Positions 48,084 to 57,923 of a stretch of 64,000 bases of DNA are shown piece by piece. How positions within the stretch are numbered: position 1 is the stretch's first letter; each line of letters starts with the position of its first letter. This stretch comes from an uncultured archaeon (GTDB lineage Archaea > Thermoproteota > EX4484-205 > JAAOZP01). The DNA lies in contig CALIBN010000007.1 of NCBI GenBank assembly GCA_938045545.1, positions 32,001 to 96,000 on the forward strand, read 5' to 3'. Below the pieces are notes generated by a model. It was not told the origin of the DNA. It worked only from the letters and a program-made list of their open reading frames with translations, and ran no database searches. The translations under genes were made by a program, and so were the position numbers.

Positions 48084-48293
48084 CTATCTAACCCTTAAAC
48101 TTGGAAACCTGTCTCTCACGAAGTTTTCAGAAGACCTGTCGTATGTTTTCTCAGCCCCCTTGGAGAAGAAGCATGCTGGAAGCTCTCCGCGTGCCCTATG
48201 GTAACTTATGCATTCGCAGCATATCCCCTTCTTGGGGCAATCGGGCCATGTGCAAGGACAGTTCTTCAAGTTTTTTTCTCTTTTGCAATCCAT
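48084..48293 (-). CDS. Small Cys-rich protein (DUF6485-like)
   Basis: MDC....N...CPCT...C..KG.CCECI.YH....ELPACFF...AE.TYDRS; ATG at 48293. Confidence 0.8.
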   Translation of the reverse strand: MDCKREKNLKNCPCTWPDCPKKGICCECISYHRARGELPACFFSKGAEKTYDRSSENFVRDRFPSLRVR

Positions 48294-48398
48294 GGTGGAA
48301 AAGCTGAGCCTCAAGTATTTTAATTTTTAGTTTAGTTTTTGAACTTGGCTGACAAATAAGTTTATAATAATCGAAACCTCATCTGAAAACGAGTAATC

Positions 48399-49763
48399 AT
48401 GGTTAAGATAACTGTTATTGGAGCAGGAAGCCTAGCTTGGTCGGCGACGCTGGTTCGCGACTTATGTTTGACTCCGAGCCTGAGAGGTTCAACAGTAGTG
48501 TTCATGGATATAAACAAGGAAAGGCTGAGCCTGATTGACGCTTTCGCTAAGAGGTATGCTTCTGAGGTTGAAGCCAACCTGGTTTTTGAGAAAACAACCG
48601 ACAGGAGGGCTGCGTTAAAGGATTCAGACGTGGTGATAAACACAGCCATGGCTGGGGGCCACTCTTACTATGAAAACATGAGAAGGATCTCAGAGAAGCA
48701 TGGCTACTATAGGGGAATAAACAGTGTTGAGTGGAACATGGTTTCAGACTACCATACCATATGGGGCTACTACCAGTTTAAACTTGCCTTGGATATCGCG
48801 AGGGATATTGAGGAATTAAGCCCAGAAGCATGGCTTCTCCAGCTCGCCAACCCTGTTTTCGAGCTAACCACTCTAATAAGCAGGGAGACTAAGACAAGAG
48901 TCATAGGACTTTGCCACGGCCACCTGGGTTATCTAGAGATATCCAGTATCCTAGGGCTTAACCCTAGGAATATTGATTTCGAGGCCATAGGCTTTAACCA
49001 CGTTATCTGGCTAACCAGGTTTAAACATAATGGGGAGGATGCTTACCGTTTCATAGACGACTGGATTAGAAACAAGGCTGAAGAATACTGGAAGATATGG
49101 CGCGAGGATCAAGTAAACCCGTTCGACATACAGATGTCTCCAGCAGCCGTCGACATGTACAGGACCTACGGGCTTTTCCCGGTAGGGGACACTGTTAGGA
49201 GTGGAACGTGGAAGTATCATTGGAACCTTGAGACTAAGAGAAAATGGTACGGCTCTCTAGCGGGCCCGGATTCTGAAACCGGTTGGAAAGTATACTTAGA
49301 TATGCTTCAGTACAACTTTGACACGATAGCTGAGGCGATAAAGGATCCGGCGCCTTTGACAAGAATGCTCCCCCCAAATCTTAGCCGGGAATCAGTTGTC
49401 CCAATAATAGACTCGTTGATGAACGATAAGGTGGGAGTCTACCAGGTTAACGTTTTAAACATGGGTGTGATTGCTGATTTGCCTGATGACGTTGCTGTCG
49501 AGATTCCGGCTAAGGTTGACGGGAAAGGCGTGCACAGGATGAGGGTTGAAAAACTGCCTAGGCGAATAGTAAACTATGTTCTCCGGCCAAGAATGATGAG
49601 GATGGAGTGGGCTCTTGAAGCGTTCTTAGATGGTGGTCGTGACACTCTTTTCGAATGGCTGGTGACAGACACTAGGACAAAGTCTACAGAGCAGGTTAAC
49701 CGGGTCATAGACGACGTTCTTTCAATGCCGGAGAACCTGGAGATGGCGAAACATTTCAAGTGA
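48399..49763 (+). CDS. Glycoside hydrolase family 4 (NAD+/Mn2+-dependent alpha-glucosidase/galactosidase/glucuronidase type)
   Basis: KI..IGAGS, D.VINTA, Q.ANP, GLCHG, G.NH.IW, P.GDT.R, VE.P. Confidence 0.9.
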   Translation: MVKITVIGAGSLAWSATLVRDLCLTPSLRGSTVVFMDINKERLSLIDAFAKRYASEVEANLVFEKTTDRRAALKDSDVVINTAMAGGHSYYENMRRISEKHGYYRGINSVEWNMVSDYHTIWGYYQFKLALDIARDIEELSPEAWLLQLANPVFELTTLISRETKTRVIGLCHGHLGYLEISSILGLNPRNIDFEAIGFNHVIWLTRFKHNGEDAYRFIDDWIRNKAEEYWKIWREDQVNPFDIQMSPAAVDMYRTYGLFPVGDTVRSGTWKYHWNLETKRKWYGSLAGPDSETGWKVYLDMLQYNFDTIAEAIKDPAPLTRMLPPNLSRESVVPIIDSLMNDKVGVYQVNVLNMGVIADLPDDVAVEIPAKVDGKGVHRMRVEKLPRRIVNYVLRPRMMRMEWALEAFLDGGRDTLFEWLVTDTRTKSTEQVNRVIDDVLSMPENLEMAKHFK

Positions 49764-49882
49764 ATCCTTGCTTGCTAAAGTGTTTTCTGCCGCGTGGTCC
49801 AAGCGTTTTTTGACTGAAAGAAGGTTCGGCGGGAGAGTTAACATTGAAAAAGATGGGAAGCGTTACAGGATGAGTGAGTAAA

Positions 49883-50689
49883 CTACGCTAGGGCAAGACC
49901 CTCCTTCTTAGCCTTTCTCTCCAAATGGAATATTGCAGCTTTCGCTAGAAGGCCGAAACCTAGTGTGAAGGCGAGTAGCATTCCGATCTCAACTTCCACA
50001 GGCCACACGGTGCTGGCTCCCATTATGAAGTGGCGTGAAAGATCAATCCCGTGGGTTAGAGGTATGAAGAATGCGATGATTTTCAACGGGTCAGGCATAA
50101 ACTGGAGGGGTACGAACATTCCCGTGGCTATTTGAAAGAGGAAATTAAGGATGGACATTACTGCTGAAACATCTTTGAAAAGCAGTATGGCGCTGGACAT
50201 TATAACACCTATCTGGCATAGGGCTAGGAAGGTTAGGAGTAGCGTGATGCAGGTCATTAAGAAAGCAGGTAGAGGTGGAAAACTGCCTAGGAGGATGAAT
50301 GCTGTCGCAAACATAGGTATTATGCCGAACAATGTTCCAACAACAGCTTGGGAGACGGATGAGGAAAGCATGTAGACATATCTGGAGACTGGCGAGGCAA
50401 ACGTGTACTCGATCTGACCCCTAGTTAACTCGTCCCTTATCTCCCAGGCTCCCCAGGTTGCAGCGCCCTGATAGTTTTGGAAAGCAACCCCGATTAATAG
50501 AAATACGGCGTAATTCGTGCTTCCAATCGAGCCGAGTTTAGCAGGGTCTATTACGAACCCGAAGATCATGAGGCCAAGACCCCATATGAAGCTCATTATC
50601 AACTCGACTGTGAAATTCAGCTTGTAACGCGTTATCTCCCTTATTCTCCTCCAGACTGTCATCCTGATCATTGTCAGAATATTGCTCAT
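49883..50689 (-). CDS. ABC-2 type exporter permease
   Basis: E...G.IE..F.SP, G.F.P....P, P.T..ID..R. Confidence 0.87.
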   Translation of the reverse strand: MSNILTMIRMTVWRRIREITRYKLNFTVELIMSFIWGLGLMIFGFVIDPAKLGSIGSTNYAVFLLIGVAFQNYQGAATWGAWEIRDELTRGQIEYTFASPVSRYVYMLSSSVSQAVVGTLFGIIPMFATAFILLGSFPPLPAFLMTCITLLLTFLALCQIGVIMSSAILLFKDVSAVMSILNFLFQIATGMFVPLQFMPDPLKIIAFFIPLTHGIDLSRHFIMGASTVWPVEVEIGMLLAFTLGFGLLAKAAIFHLERKAKKEGLALA

Positions 50690-51696
50690 CCTTCCCCACC
50701 CTCAACCATTATTTTAAACGCTTCTTCAAGCGTTAGATTCTCTATCCTTATTCCAGGCCTCTGCCCTTTGTCTTTCAAAAGCTTGATCACAACCGGCAGG
50801 GTTTCATAAGCATCCTTACAGTAAATCCTAAGATCAGAGTTCTCCCGTTGAACACTGATAACTCCCTCGACATGGGTCAGCTTCTTCACGAGCTCTTCGT
50901 GAATATTGTTCCCGTTTATCTGAATGACCTCAGTTCTAGTGACTGATTCCCTCATTTTCTCCGGCGCCCCGTCGAACATAATCTTGCCCTTGTTCATCAT
51001 GATAACCCTATCACCTAGCTCTTCAGCCTCCTTCATGTTGTGGGTTGTGACGATTATGGCTGCCCCTCTATTCTGAGCGTAATCCTTCAAATATTTTCTA
51101 ACTTTAGAGGCAGTAAGAGGATCAAGAGATTTAGAAGGCTCATCCATGAACACGATCCTCGGCCGGGTTATTAGAGACCTCATTATTACGAAAGTCTGCT
51201 TCTGTCCTCCTGAAAGAGCAATGAAATACTGGTCTAGACAATCTTTAAAATCGAACTCCCTAGCCATCTCCTCAATCCTCTCGTTAGCCTCAGACCTGTG
51301 TAACCCGTGGAAAGCAGTAGCGAAGAAAATCAGGTTCTCCCTAGCGGTCAACCTGAAGAAAGCGGATCTCTCACTATCTTGGCCAGCGTAACCAATTATT
51401 CTCCTAACACTGTCGGCCTGAGAAACCACGTCGTAGCCGCCGACCCATGCTTGCCCCTCGTCTGGAAACAGGAGGGTGCTCAATATCTTTACTAAAGTAG
51501 TCTTACCGGCTCCATTAGGCCCGAGAAGACAGACTATTTCCCCCTGTCTGACACTGAAGCTGACGCCTTGAAGCGCAACCGTCTGCTTTCCACCGGACCT
51601 ATATGTCTTGCGAAGACCCGTAGCCTGAACTAGGGTTCTCAAAACCGGTTTTTCCATGGTAGTTGTCTCTGCCGCGGCTCTTGCCTTAACACCCAT
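50686..51696 (-). CDS. ABC exporter ATP-binding protein
   Basis: GPNGAGKTT, LSGGQ, FMDEP, TTH, TLEE.F. Confidence 0.92.
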   Translation of the reverse strand: MGVKARAAAETTTMEKPVLRTLVQATGLRKTYRSGGKQTVALQGVSFSVRQGEIVCLLGPNGAGKTTLVKILSTLLFPDEGQAWVGGYDVVSQADSVRRIIGYAGQDSERSAFFRLTARENLIFFATAFHGLHRSEANERIEEMAREFDFKDCLDQYFIALSGGQKQTFVIMRSLITRPRIVFMDEPSKSLDPLTASKVRKYLKDYAQNRGAAIIVTTHNMKEAEELGDRVIMMNKGKIMFDGAPEKMRESVTRTEVIQINGNNIHEELVKKLTHVEGVISVQRENSDLRIYCKDAYETLPVVIKLLKDKGQRPGIRIENLTLEEAFKIMVEGGEG

Positions 51697-51931
51697 GTTT
51701 TCATCACCAGACCGATAAAACTATTTTTAAAAATGACTCGCGAAATGTGAATTCTAAATGTAATTGTCTGAAGAGAGTCGCCCAATGCCTTCTAGGGTTG
51801 TTTCCCGCCATTTCAGAAATGCTTCTCTATGAATGCTTTTAAGAATTTTGCAACTTTTTACCCAAGTATTTGCCCACCCCACCCGGCGCGTGCTGCATTA
51901 TGAATGACGATTATCTACCTCGATCTAACTT

Positions 51932-53338
51932 TTACCTTTCTTCCACGAGTGTTAACTCTCCGTCCTTTTTAATCACCACGAATAGTGCTGCCAGAGCTGT
52001 GGATGCCGATAGCGCTCCCATGTATCGCGTAAGGCCAGTTAAATCAACCGTCTGAGACACTACTTTGAACACGTAGTTGATCGGCTCGCTCTCCACAATC
52101 CGGTATAGCTGTCCATATAGGACGATGCTTACTGCCCGCGTTGTCAGGTTTCCCTCGCCACTGCTCAGGAACCCGTCGGAATCATAGGCTCCAGTAAAAT
52201 AATGTATAGTCGTATTCACGTTGACAACGCTGACTGTCGAACCCGCTTTCACCATTACTGGGAGTCTAATGCTCTTACTGCTTAAAATTATCTGTCTGTT
52301 AGAATTGGCTGCATTGTAAAGCAATCCAGCCGCGTTCAACCTGTTTAGCAATATTCTCGTAGTGTCCAAAGATACCCTTGCAATCTGAGACTCCAGGTCT
52401 GGCAGCTGTATGCCCACGTAGTCAACGTAGGGGGTTCCTTCACACGTATATTGAATTGTTGTTGACTTTACAGTGTCTTGAACAGCCAACCCTGAGGAGG
52501 CGTAGGCTGCTCCAGCTAAAAGCAAAACCATGAAAACTGTGGTAATGGTTTTTGAGAAAAAGCCTAGTCCCCTCGTCTTCAGGTTGATAGGCATCAAGTA
52601 GGGGAAGAGGCTGTATAGCCGCAGCATTCTAAACATGGCAATCCTCCTTTTATCGACAATGAGCGGAAGCAACGCTATTCCCATTACGAACCCTCCTGCG
52701 TGAGCAAAAACCGCTGTGCTTCCCGCGGTCCTGGTGAAGCCGTAAATCACCTGTGTTGCAAACCAGAATATTATGTAGTAGGCGGCCTTGATCCTGAAAA
52801 ACATTGGGAAGAGTATGAAGCTCCAGCCCACTACGAGATATGTACCCGGGTAAAGTATGAGGTACGCCCCCAGGATTCCGCTGATCGCTCCAGACGCGCC
52901 GATTGCAGGAACCGTGTATGCTGAAAAACCGCCTAGAAAGCTAAACGCGGTGTGGAATATGGATGCTGCAACTCCTGCAGTCAAGTATAAAAGTAGGAAT
53001 CTTAACTTGCCTAGGATGCTTTCAACAGCCCTGCCGAAAACATATAGGAAATACATGTTGAAGAGTATGTGGAAGAAATCGGCGTGGAGAAACATTGATG
53101 TAAAAACCCTATACCACTGGAAGGGGGTTTCTATAAGCGAAGGGATGAAACCACCAATGCTCACCCAGTATTCACTGGTCTCTATGAAGAAACTCTCGTA
53201 GGAGGTTAAGACGTATATTAAAACATTAACCATTATTATGATTATTGTAACCGTCGGCTTGGTTTTGAAACCAGCTGGACTACCAATCGGTATGCCGAAG
53301 CTCGTTCTAAATCCGCCGGAAGCCATTTCCCTACTCAT
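51932..53338 (-). CDS. Rhomboid intramembrane serine protease with large C-terminal extension
   Basis: TSMFLH....H...NM..L..FG...E, GASGAISG (catalytic Ser), AHAGG (catalytic His); about 240 extra aa including two more TMs. Confidence 0.88.
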   Translation of the reverse strand: MSREMASGGFRTSFGIPIGSPAGFKTKPTVTIIIIMVNVLIYVLTSYESFFIETSEYWVSIGGFIPSLIETPFQWYRVFTSMFLHADFFHILFNMYFLYVFGRAVESILGKLRFLLLYLTAGVAASIFHTAFSFLGGFSAYTVPAIGASGAISGILGAYLILYPGTYLVVGWSFILFPMFFRIKAAYYIIFWFATQVIYGFTRTAGSTAVFAHAGGFVMGIALLPLIVDKRRIAMFRMLRLYSLFPYLMPINLKTRGLGFFSKTITTVFMVLLLAGAAYASSGLAVQDTVKSTTIQYTCEGTPYVDYVGIQLPDLESQIARVSLDTTRILLNRLNAAGLLYNAANSNRQIILSSKSIRLPVMVKAGSTVSVVNVNTTIHYFTGAYDSDGFLSSGEGNLTTRAVSIVLYGQLYRIVESEPINYVFKVVSQTVDLTGLTRYMGALSASTALAALFVVIKKDGELTLVEER

Positions 53339-54608
53339 ACCTCAGTGCATCGACAGGTTTAAGTTTTGAGGCTTTCCAAGCAGGGTAGAGGGCGAACACC
53401 ATGGTGACAGTCAAACCGAAGACGAGGGCTCCAAGTATAACTGTTGGAGTTAAGACCGGTGTTATCGTGATGCCGTTTGATACTGCAGCCCGGTTTCCCT
53501 GCCGTATGATGCCCACTCTATCCGAGGAGCCGAATATCCTTAAAACAATTTGCGCTAAGCTCCATCCTGCGCCGATCCCGATTAAAGTCCCTAGCAAACC
53601 TATTATGGCTGCCTCGCACAAGAATATCAGTAGCACTTGATGATTCTTCATACCTAAAGCCTTCAGTATGCCTATTTCCCTGGTTCGCTCCATTACAGAT
53701 ACGATCATAATGTTCATTATGCCTATTCCTGCTACAAGAAGCGAGATTGCCGCGATCCCCGCTAGGAAGAGCTCAACCGTTGAGAATACGCTTGAAATAA
53801 TGTTTAAGATGGCTGTTGAAGAAGTGACTGATACACGGCCTCCTAAGGCTTCCCTTATGGCCTTCGTCGCACTGTCGATTGTAGCCCTATCGTCATTCCT
53901 CAACTTAACGATTATCATCTCGCAGGTTTCAGTTCCGAAGAAGCTTTGAGCCTTCGAAATCGGAATATATATCCTGTTGTCTGAGGGGCCACCGATGGTG
54001 AATCCCCCGATCTCACGGAGAACAGCCGCAACTCTGCCTACATACGTTTCGTTTCTAAGTGGTCTTGCGGTCGTGTTGGTCCAAAGTATCTCTAACGTGT
54101 CGCCAGTCCTGCAGAGAATTGTTCCATTACCCCAAGGGTCGCTCACCTGCTTTCCTATTACGATAGCGTTGTCTTCAGGGTTTAACGGGATTTCCCCCTC
54201 CTCGGCTGCGAACGCGCTGCTGTAAATCTCCCTGTAGGCGGCAAAATCGACGCCAGTTACCGTAACTCGACGCGTCTGCCCGTTTGGCATTCTTATATAG
54301 CATATTCTTTGAATCACTGCTATTGAGGCAGTAACGTTATCCATCTCTTTTATTGTTTGAGCATCCTTAACCAACAAGTTGAACTCGTTTACGCCACCCA
54401 AACCCCCGCCTGCGGCGACGATTAGAGTGTCTGTTGCGAAACCTCTCTGAAGCTGTGCGGATATTGCTACTTGAAGCCCCTGAGTTATTGAAAGCAGTGC
54501 CACTATTGCGGCTATTCCAATGACTACGCCTAGCGTCGTTAAACCTGCTCTGAGTTTACGCAGCTTTATCGCGCTGAAAGCATATGAAAACAAGTCTATT
54601 ATCCTCAT
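53331..54608 (-). CDS. MacB/FtsX-family ABC permease
   Basis: RKLR..LT.LG..IG, ISL.V.GIGIMN.M..SV.ERTREIGI.KALG, YPA.KAS.L.PV.ALRYE. Confidence 0.93.
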   Translation of the reverse strand: MRIIDLFSYAFSAIKLRKLRAGLTTLGVVIGIAAIVALLSITQGLQVAISAQLQRGFATDTLIVAAGGGLGGVNEFNLLVKDAQTIKEMDNVTASIAVIQRICYIRMPNGQTRRVTVTGVDFAAYREIYSSAFAAEEGEIPLNPEDNAIVIGKQVSDPWGNGTILCRTGDTLEILWTNTTARPLRNETYVGRVAAVLREIGGFTIGGPSDNRIYIPISKAQSFFGTETCEMIIVKLRNDDRATIDSATKAIREALGGRVSVTSSTAILNIISSVFSTVELFLAGIAAISLLVAGIGIMNIMIVSVMERTREIGILKALGMKNHQVLLIFLCEAAIIGLLGTLIGIGAGWSLAQIVLRIFGSSDRVGIIRQGNRAAVSNGITITPVLTPTVILGALVFGLTVTMVFALYPAWKASKLKPVDALRYE

Positions 54609-54609
54609 T

Positions 54610-55296
54610 TCAACTCACCGTCTCCCTGACAATCATGCCGTCAAGCATGTACACTATTCTCTTAGCTTCCGCAGCCAGCTGCTGATCATGGGTAACCATT
54701 ATTATTGTTACACCCTTATCCTCATTAAGCCTTTTTACGAGCCTTATTATTTCGTAAGCGTTTTTAGAATCTATGTTTCCAGTGGGTTCATCCATAAGCA
54801 AGAATCTCGGGTTGTTGGCTAGGGCTCTGGCAATCGCGACGCGTTGCTGCTCGCCCCCACTGAGCTCCGTCGGCTTGTGATTCATCCTGCTTGCTAAACC
54901 AACCATTTGCAAGAGTTCCTCAGCACGTTTTCTCCTCTCGCCCTTGCTTAAGCCGGCAATCGACATGGGTAGTTCAACGTTCTCCCTTGCTGTGAACCTC
55001 GGAATAAGGTTGAAGAATTGGAAGACAAACCCTATTTTAATCCTTAAATCCGCAAGCTGGTTATCATTCAGGGCTGACACATCAATGTTTTCGATGAAAA
55101 GCTTTCCCCCCGTAGGCTTGTCTAAAGCTCCTATCAGGTTTAGGAGAGTCGACTTTCCGCTTCCCGAGGGCCCTAGTACTGAGAGAAACTCGCCCTCCCT
55201 CACTTCAAGGTTTACTTCACGAAGAGCCTCAACCGGAATCCTGCCCTGCATGTAGGTTTTCCTGAGATCAACAGTTTTAATGATGGTCTTAGCCAT
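54610..55296 (-). CDS. MacB/LolD-type ABC ATP-binding protein
   Basis: [42 protein letters not shown]. Confidence 0.93.
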   Translation of the reverse strand: MAKTIIKTVDLRKTYMQGRIPVEALREVNLEVREGEFLSVLGPSGSGKSTLLNLIGALDKPTGGKLFIENIDVSALNDNQLADLRIKIGFVFQFFNLIPRFTARENVELPMSIAGLSKGERRKRAEELLQMVGLASRMNHKPTELSGGEQQRVAIARALANNPRFLLMDEPTGNIDSKNAYEIIRLVKRLNEDKGVTIIMVTHDQQLAAEAKRIVYMLDGMIVRETVS

Positions 55297-55311
55297 TTCT
55301 CCAACACCATC

Positions 55312-56271
55312 CTACTTAGACAGGTATCTCCAGGAAAGCACTATTCCTATTGAAGAAAGCACGGTGGCGAAGAAACCTAGGTACATAAAGTCAGTGGTAA
55401 GCTTAGAAACGTCTAAAGTCAGGATTGTCAACTGCCTTAAAGCGTCTGTCAGATAGCTAAGCGGGTTTACATAAGCCACTGCCTGCAACCAGTCCGGCAT
55501 TAAAGTGATTGGGAATAAAGTGTTGCTCGCAAACATCAGCGGCATAGTGATTAAGCTTATGAATTGCATGGGCCTCTCCAACTTAGTTGATCTTAGGGAG
55601 AATGCTAGGAAAACCGATGAAAGCCCTACGCTGAGAAGGAATATTGCAGCGTAAACCCCAAACATGTTAATCAGGGTGAAGCTTGGGCTCAACTGCAACC
55701 CGAATATTGTTGCAAGGGTCAGGATTATCGTGGCCTGAAGCATCGCTCTTAAAGTCGCGTTAAGAACCTTCGAAAAGATTATGGCACCGCGGGGCACAGG
55801 CGTGCTCAAAACTTTATCTAGGAACCCTAGACGCCTATCCCAAACTATAGACATTCCGCTGAACATAGTCGTGGTCATAACTATCATTGAAATCATGCCG
55901 ATGGACATGTAGCTGAAGTAATCCGTTACCCCGAAAACGTTCCTCATAACGTTAGCACCAATATCTGAAACCGTCTGCTGGATTATCTGGGAAACCATTG
56001 TACCGCTAACATATATTACTCCGTTAGCCGGAGGAATCACGTAGTTTCCCGGTATCGGAATTTTCTCCGGAACCTCTATGTTGCCCAGGTTGCCTGCTGA
56101 GAACATTGCAGCCAGGTTCATCGACTTCCCTAGAAGCCCCATCCAGATTAAAGGCTGGATCACGAGCATTAGAAGCATTATGGGGTCGTTTAACCATTTT
56201 TTAAGCTCCCTGACCGTTAAAGCCCACAGGCCGCGGAGAAGGCTCGGATGATACTCTTTCACTCTGCTCAT
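55312..56271 (-). CDS. ABC-2 (DrrB-like) exporter permease
   Basis: RE......P......QPL.W, G.S.VWDR..G.....L..P, F.S...FP...MP.WL......NP.SY..DA.R. Confidence 0.9.
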   Translation of the reverse strand: MSRVKEYHPSLLRGLWALTVRELKKWLNDPIMLLMLVIQPLIWMGLLGKSMNLAAMFSAGNLGNIEVPEKIPIPGNYVIPPANGVIYVSGTMVSQIIQQTVSDIGANVMRNVFGVTDYFSYMSIGMISMIVMTTTMFSGMSIVWDRRLGFLDKVLSTPVPRGAIIFSKVLNATLRAMLQATIILTLATIFGLQLSPSFTLINMFGVYAAIFLLSVGLSSVFLAFSLRSTKLERPMQFISLITMPLMFASNTLFPITLMPDWLQAVAYVNPLSYLTDALRQLTILTLDVSKLTTDFMYLGFFATVLSSIGIVLSWRYLSK

Positions 56272-57272
56272 CTTGCCCTCGCCCTCCTAATGGTCATCCT
56301 CTGGCTTCGGAAAGCCTCTTTAGACTCCTCCGTGTCTCGCATAGACCTGCCCGTGTATTCCAGGTAAACCTCGTTTAAAGTTGGTTCTGTAAGCGAAAGC
56401 CTGGTCACAGTATAGCCGTTCCTTCTGAGAGCCTCGATTATCAGAGGAGCGGTTTCCTCCCCCGACTCCACCTTGATCCTGTAGGAACCATTCTCGTTTC
56501 TAACCTCCTTAACGTTTTCAACGCTGCGAATTATGCTACTGATGTCAACATCCTCCTTTATGCTTATCGTAATGATGTCGCCGCCTAAACTATGCTTCAA
56601 TTCTTCGGGGTCTCCGGTTATGATGATTTTCCCATAGTCGATTATTGCTATACGGTCGCAAAGGGTGTCAGCCTCCTCCAAGTAGTGCGTCGTCATGAAA
56701 ATAGTCATGTCATATTCCTCTTTCAAACGCTTAATGTAGTTCCATGTTGCAGCCCTGGTTTGGACATCTAGACCTAGCGTCGGCTCGTCTAGGAAAAGAA
56801 CCCTCGGCCGGTTTATCAGGCCACTTGCGAGCTCGAGTCTTCGCCTCATCCCCCCGGAATAGGTTTCAACCTTCTTATCTTTGAAGCTGGTGAGTTCAAC
56901 GAGCTCCAGCAGCTCAACAGCCCTCTTCTTCGAGACTTCGCGTGGAATGCCGTAGAGGTCTGCACATAGAATGATGTTCTCGTAGCCTGTTAAATCCTCG
57001 TCTGCCGTGTACTCTTGTGGAACAACGCCTATAACCTTCCTAACCTCGTTAGCCTGCTTCACAACGTCGTATCCTAGAATGGAGGCTGTACCTTCTGTCG
57101 GCCTTAAAACAGTTATCAGCATATTTATGGTGGTTGTCTTACCGGCGCCATTGGGACCGAGGAAACCGAAGATTTCACCGTGTTTAACGCTGAAGCTCAC
57201 ATGGTCGACTGCAACCAGATTCTTGTTGAAAACCTTAGTAAGGCCTGTAGCAACTATGACTTCCTTAGACAC
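56268..57272 (-). CDS. ABC-2 (DrrA-like) ATP-binding protein
   Basis: GPNGAGKTT, YSGGMRRRLE, LFLDEPT.GLD, TTHY.EEA, PTL..V.L.YTG. Confidence 0.93.
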   Translation of the reverse strand: MSKEVIVATGLTKVFNKNLVAVDHVSFSVKHGEIFGFLGPNGAGKTTTINMLITVLRPTEGTASILGYDVVKQANEVRKVIGVVPQEYTADEDLTGYENIILCADLYGIPREVSKKRAVELLELVELTSFKDKKVETYSGGMRRRLELASGLINRPRVLFLDEPTLGLDVQTRAATWNYIKRLKEEYDMTIFMTTHYLEEADTLCDRIAIIDYGKIIITGDPEELKHSLGGDIITISIKEDVDISSIIRSVENVKEVRNENGSYRIKVESGEETAPLIIEALRRNGYTVTRLSLTEPTLNEVYLEYTGRSMRDTEESKEAFRSQRMTIRRARAR

Positions 57273-57279
57273 TCTGAAT

Positions 57280-57816
57280 CTACCCCCTAATCCTCTTGTT
57301 TAACTCTTCTATTTTTCCTGCAGCTTCCTCAAGCACCCTGACTACTTCTGCAAGATCCTCCTTAGTCGCCCTGCCTCTTGAAAGAATCATGAATTCCCTG
57401 AAGGCGGAGAAAAGACGTTTAATAGGATCGTGAAGCCCCCCAAGTCTATCCTCTGGAAACCTGCCGACGAAAGGAGGCGGTGGAAGTAGGAGAGGGAAGG
57501 AAACCATTCTTTCGACGAGCCTTTCCCTTATCTTACCCTTCTCCTCAAGGAGTTTTCTACCCTTGTCAGTCAACTCGTAGCGTTTAACCCCTGTCTCATC
57601 CCTTGGAAGAGCCTTTATGAACCCTTTTTCATGCAGCCATGTGAGCAGGGGGTAGATTGAGCCTGGGCTCGGTCTCCAAGCCCCGTGGCTTTCCTCCTCA
57701 ATCCTATCCATTATTTCAGAGCCGGACATGGGCTTCTCACTCAGCTTTTCTAGAACCAAGTATCTTAGAAGACCCTTTGGCGCGTAAGCCATATGCCTCA
57801 TCCAGTGCCTAAACAT
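57280..57816 (-). CDS. PadR-family transcriptional regulator, first gene of a six-gene operon
   Basis: G.LR..VL..L...PM.G.EIM..I......W.PSPGSIYP.L..L...G.I, Y.LT..G. Confidence 0.92.
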   Translation of the reverse strand: MFRHWMRHMAYAPKGLLRYLVLEKLSEKPMSGSEIMDRIEEESHGAWRPSPGSIYPLLTWLHEKGFIKALPRDETGVKRYELTDKGRKLLEEKGKIRERLVERMVSFPLLLPPPPFVGRFPEDRLGGLHDPIKRLFSAFREFMILSRGRATKEDLAEVVRVLEEAAGKIEELNKRIRG

Positions 57817-57823
57817 GTCGCTG

Positions 57824-57848
57824 TCGATATCGATAACGATATATAAAC
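57824..57848 (-). promoter_or_regulatory. padR promoter: TATA box with overlapping inverted-repeat operator candidate
   Basis: Perfect palindrome TCGATATCGA (57824-57833), ATATCG-N4-CGATAT (57827-57842), minus-strand TTTATATA about 25 nt upstream of the padR ATG. Confidence 0.65.
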
Positions 57849-57923
57849 TTTACTGTTCTCCAAATTTATTTCTTACGAGTAGGCTCACGCTAAAGATATA
57901 AACCCTTAAAACAAATAGTCGCC

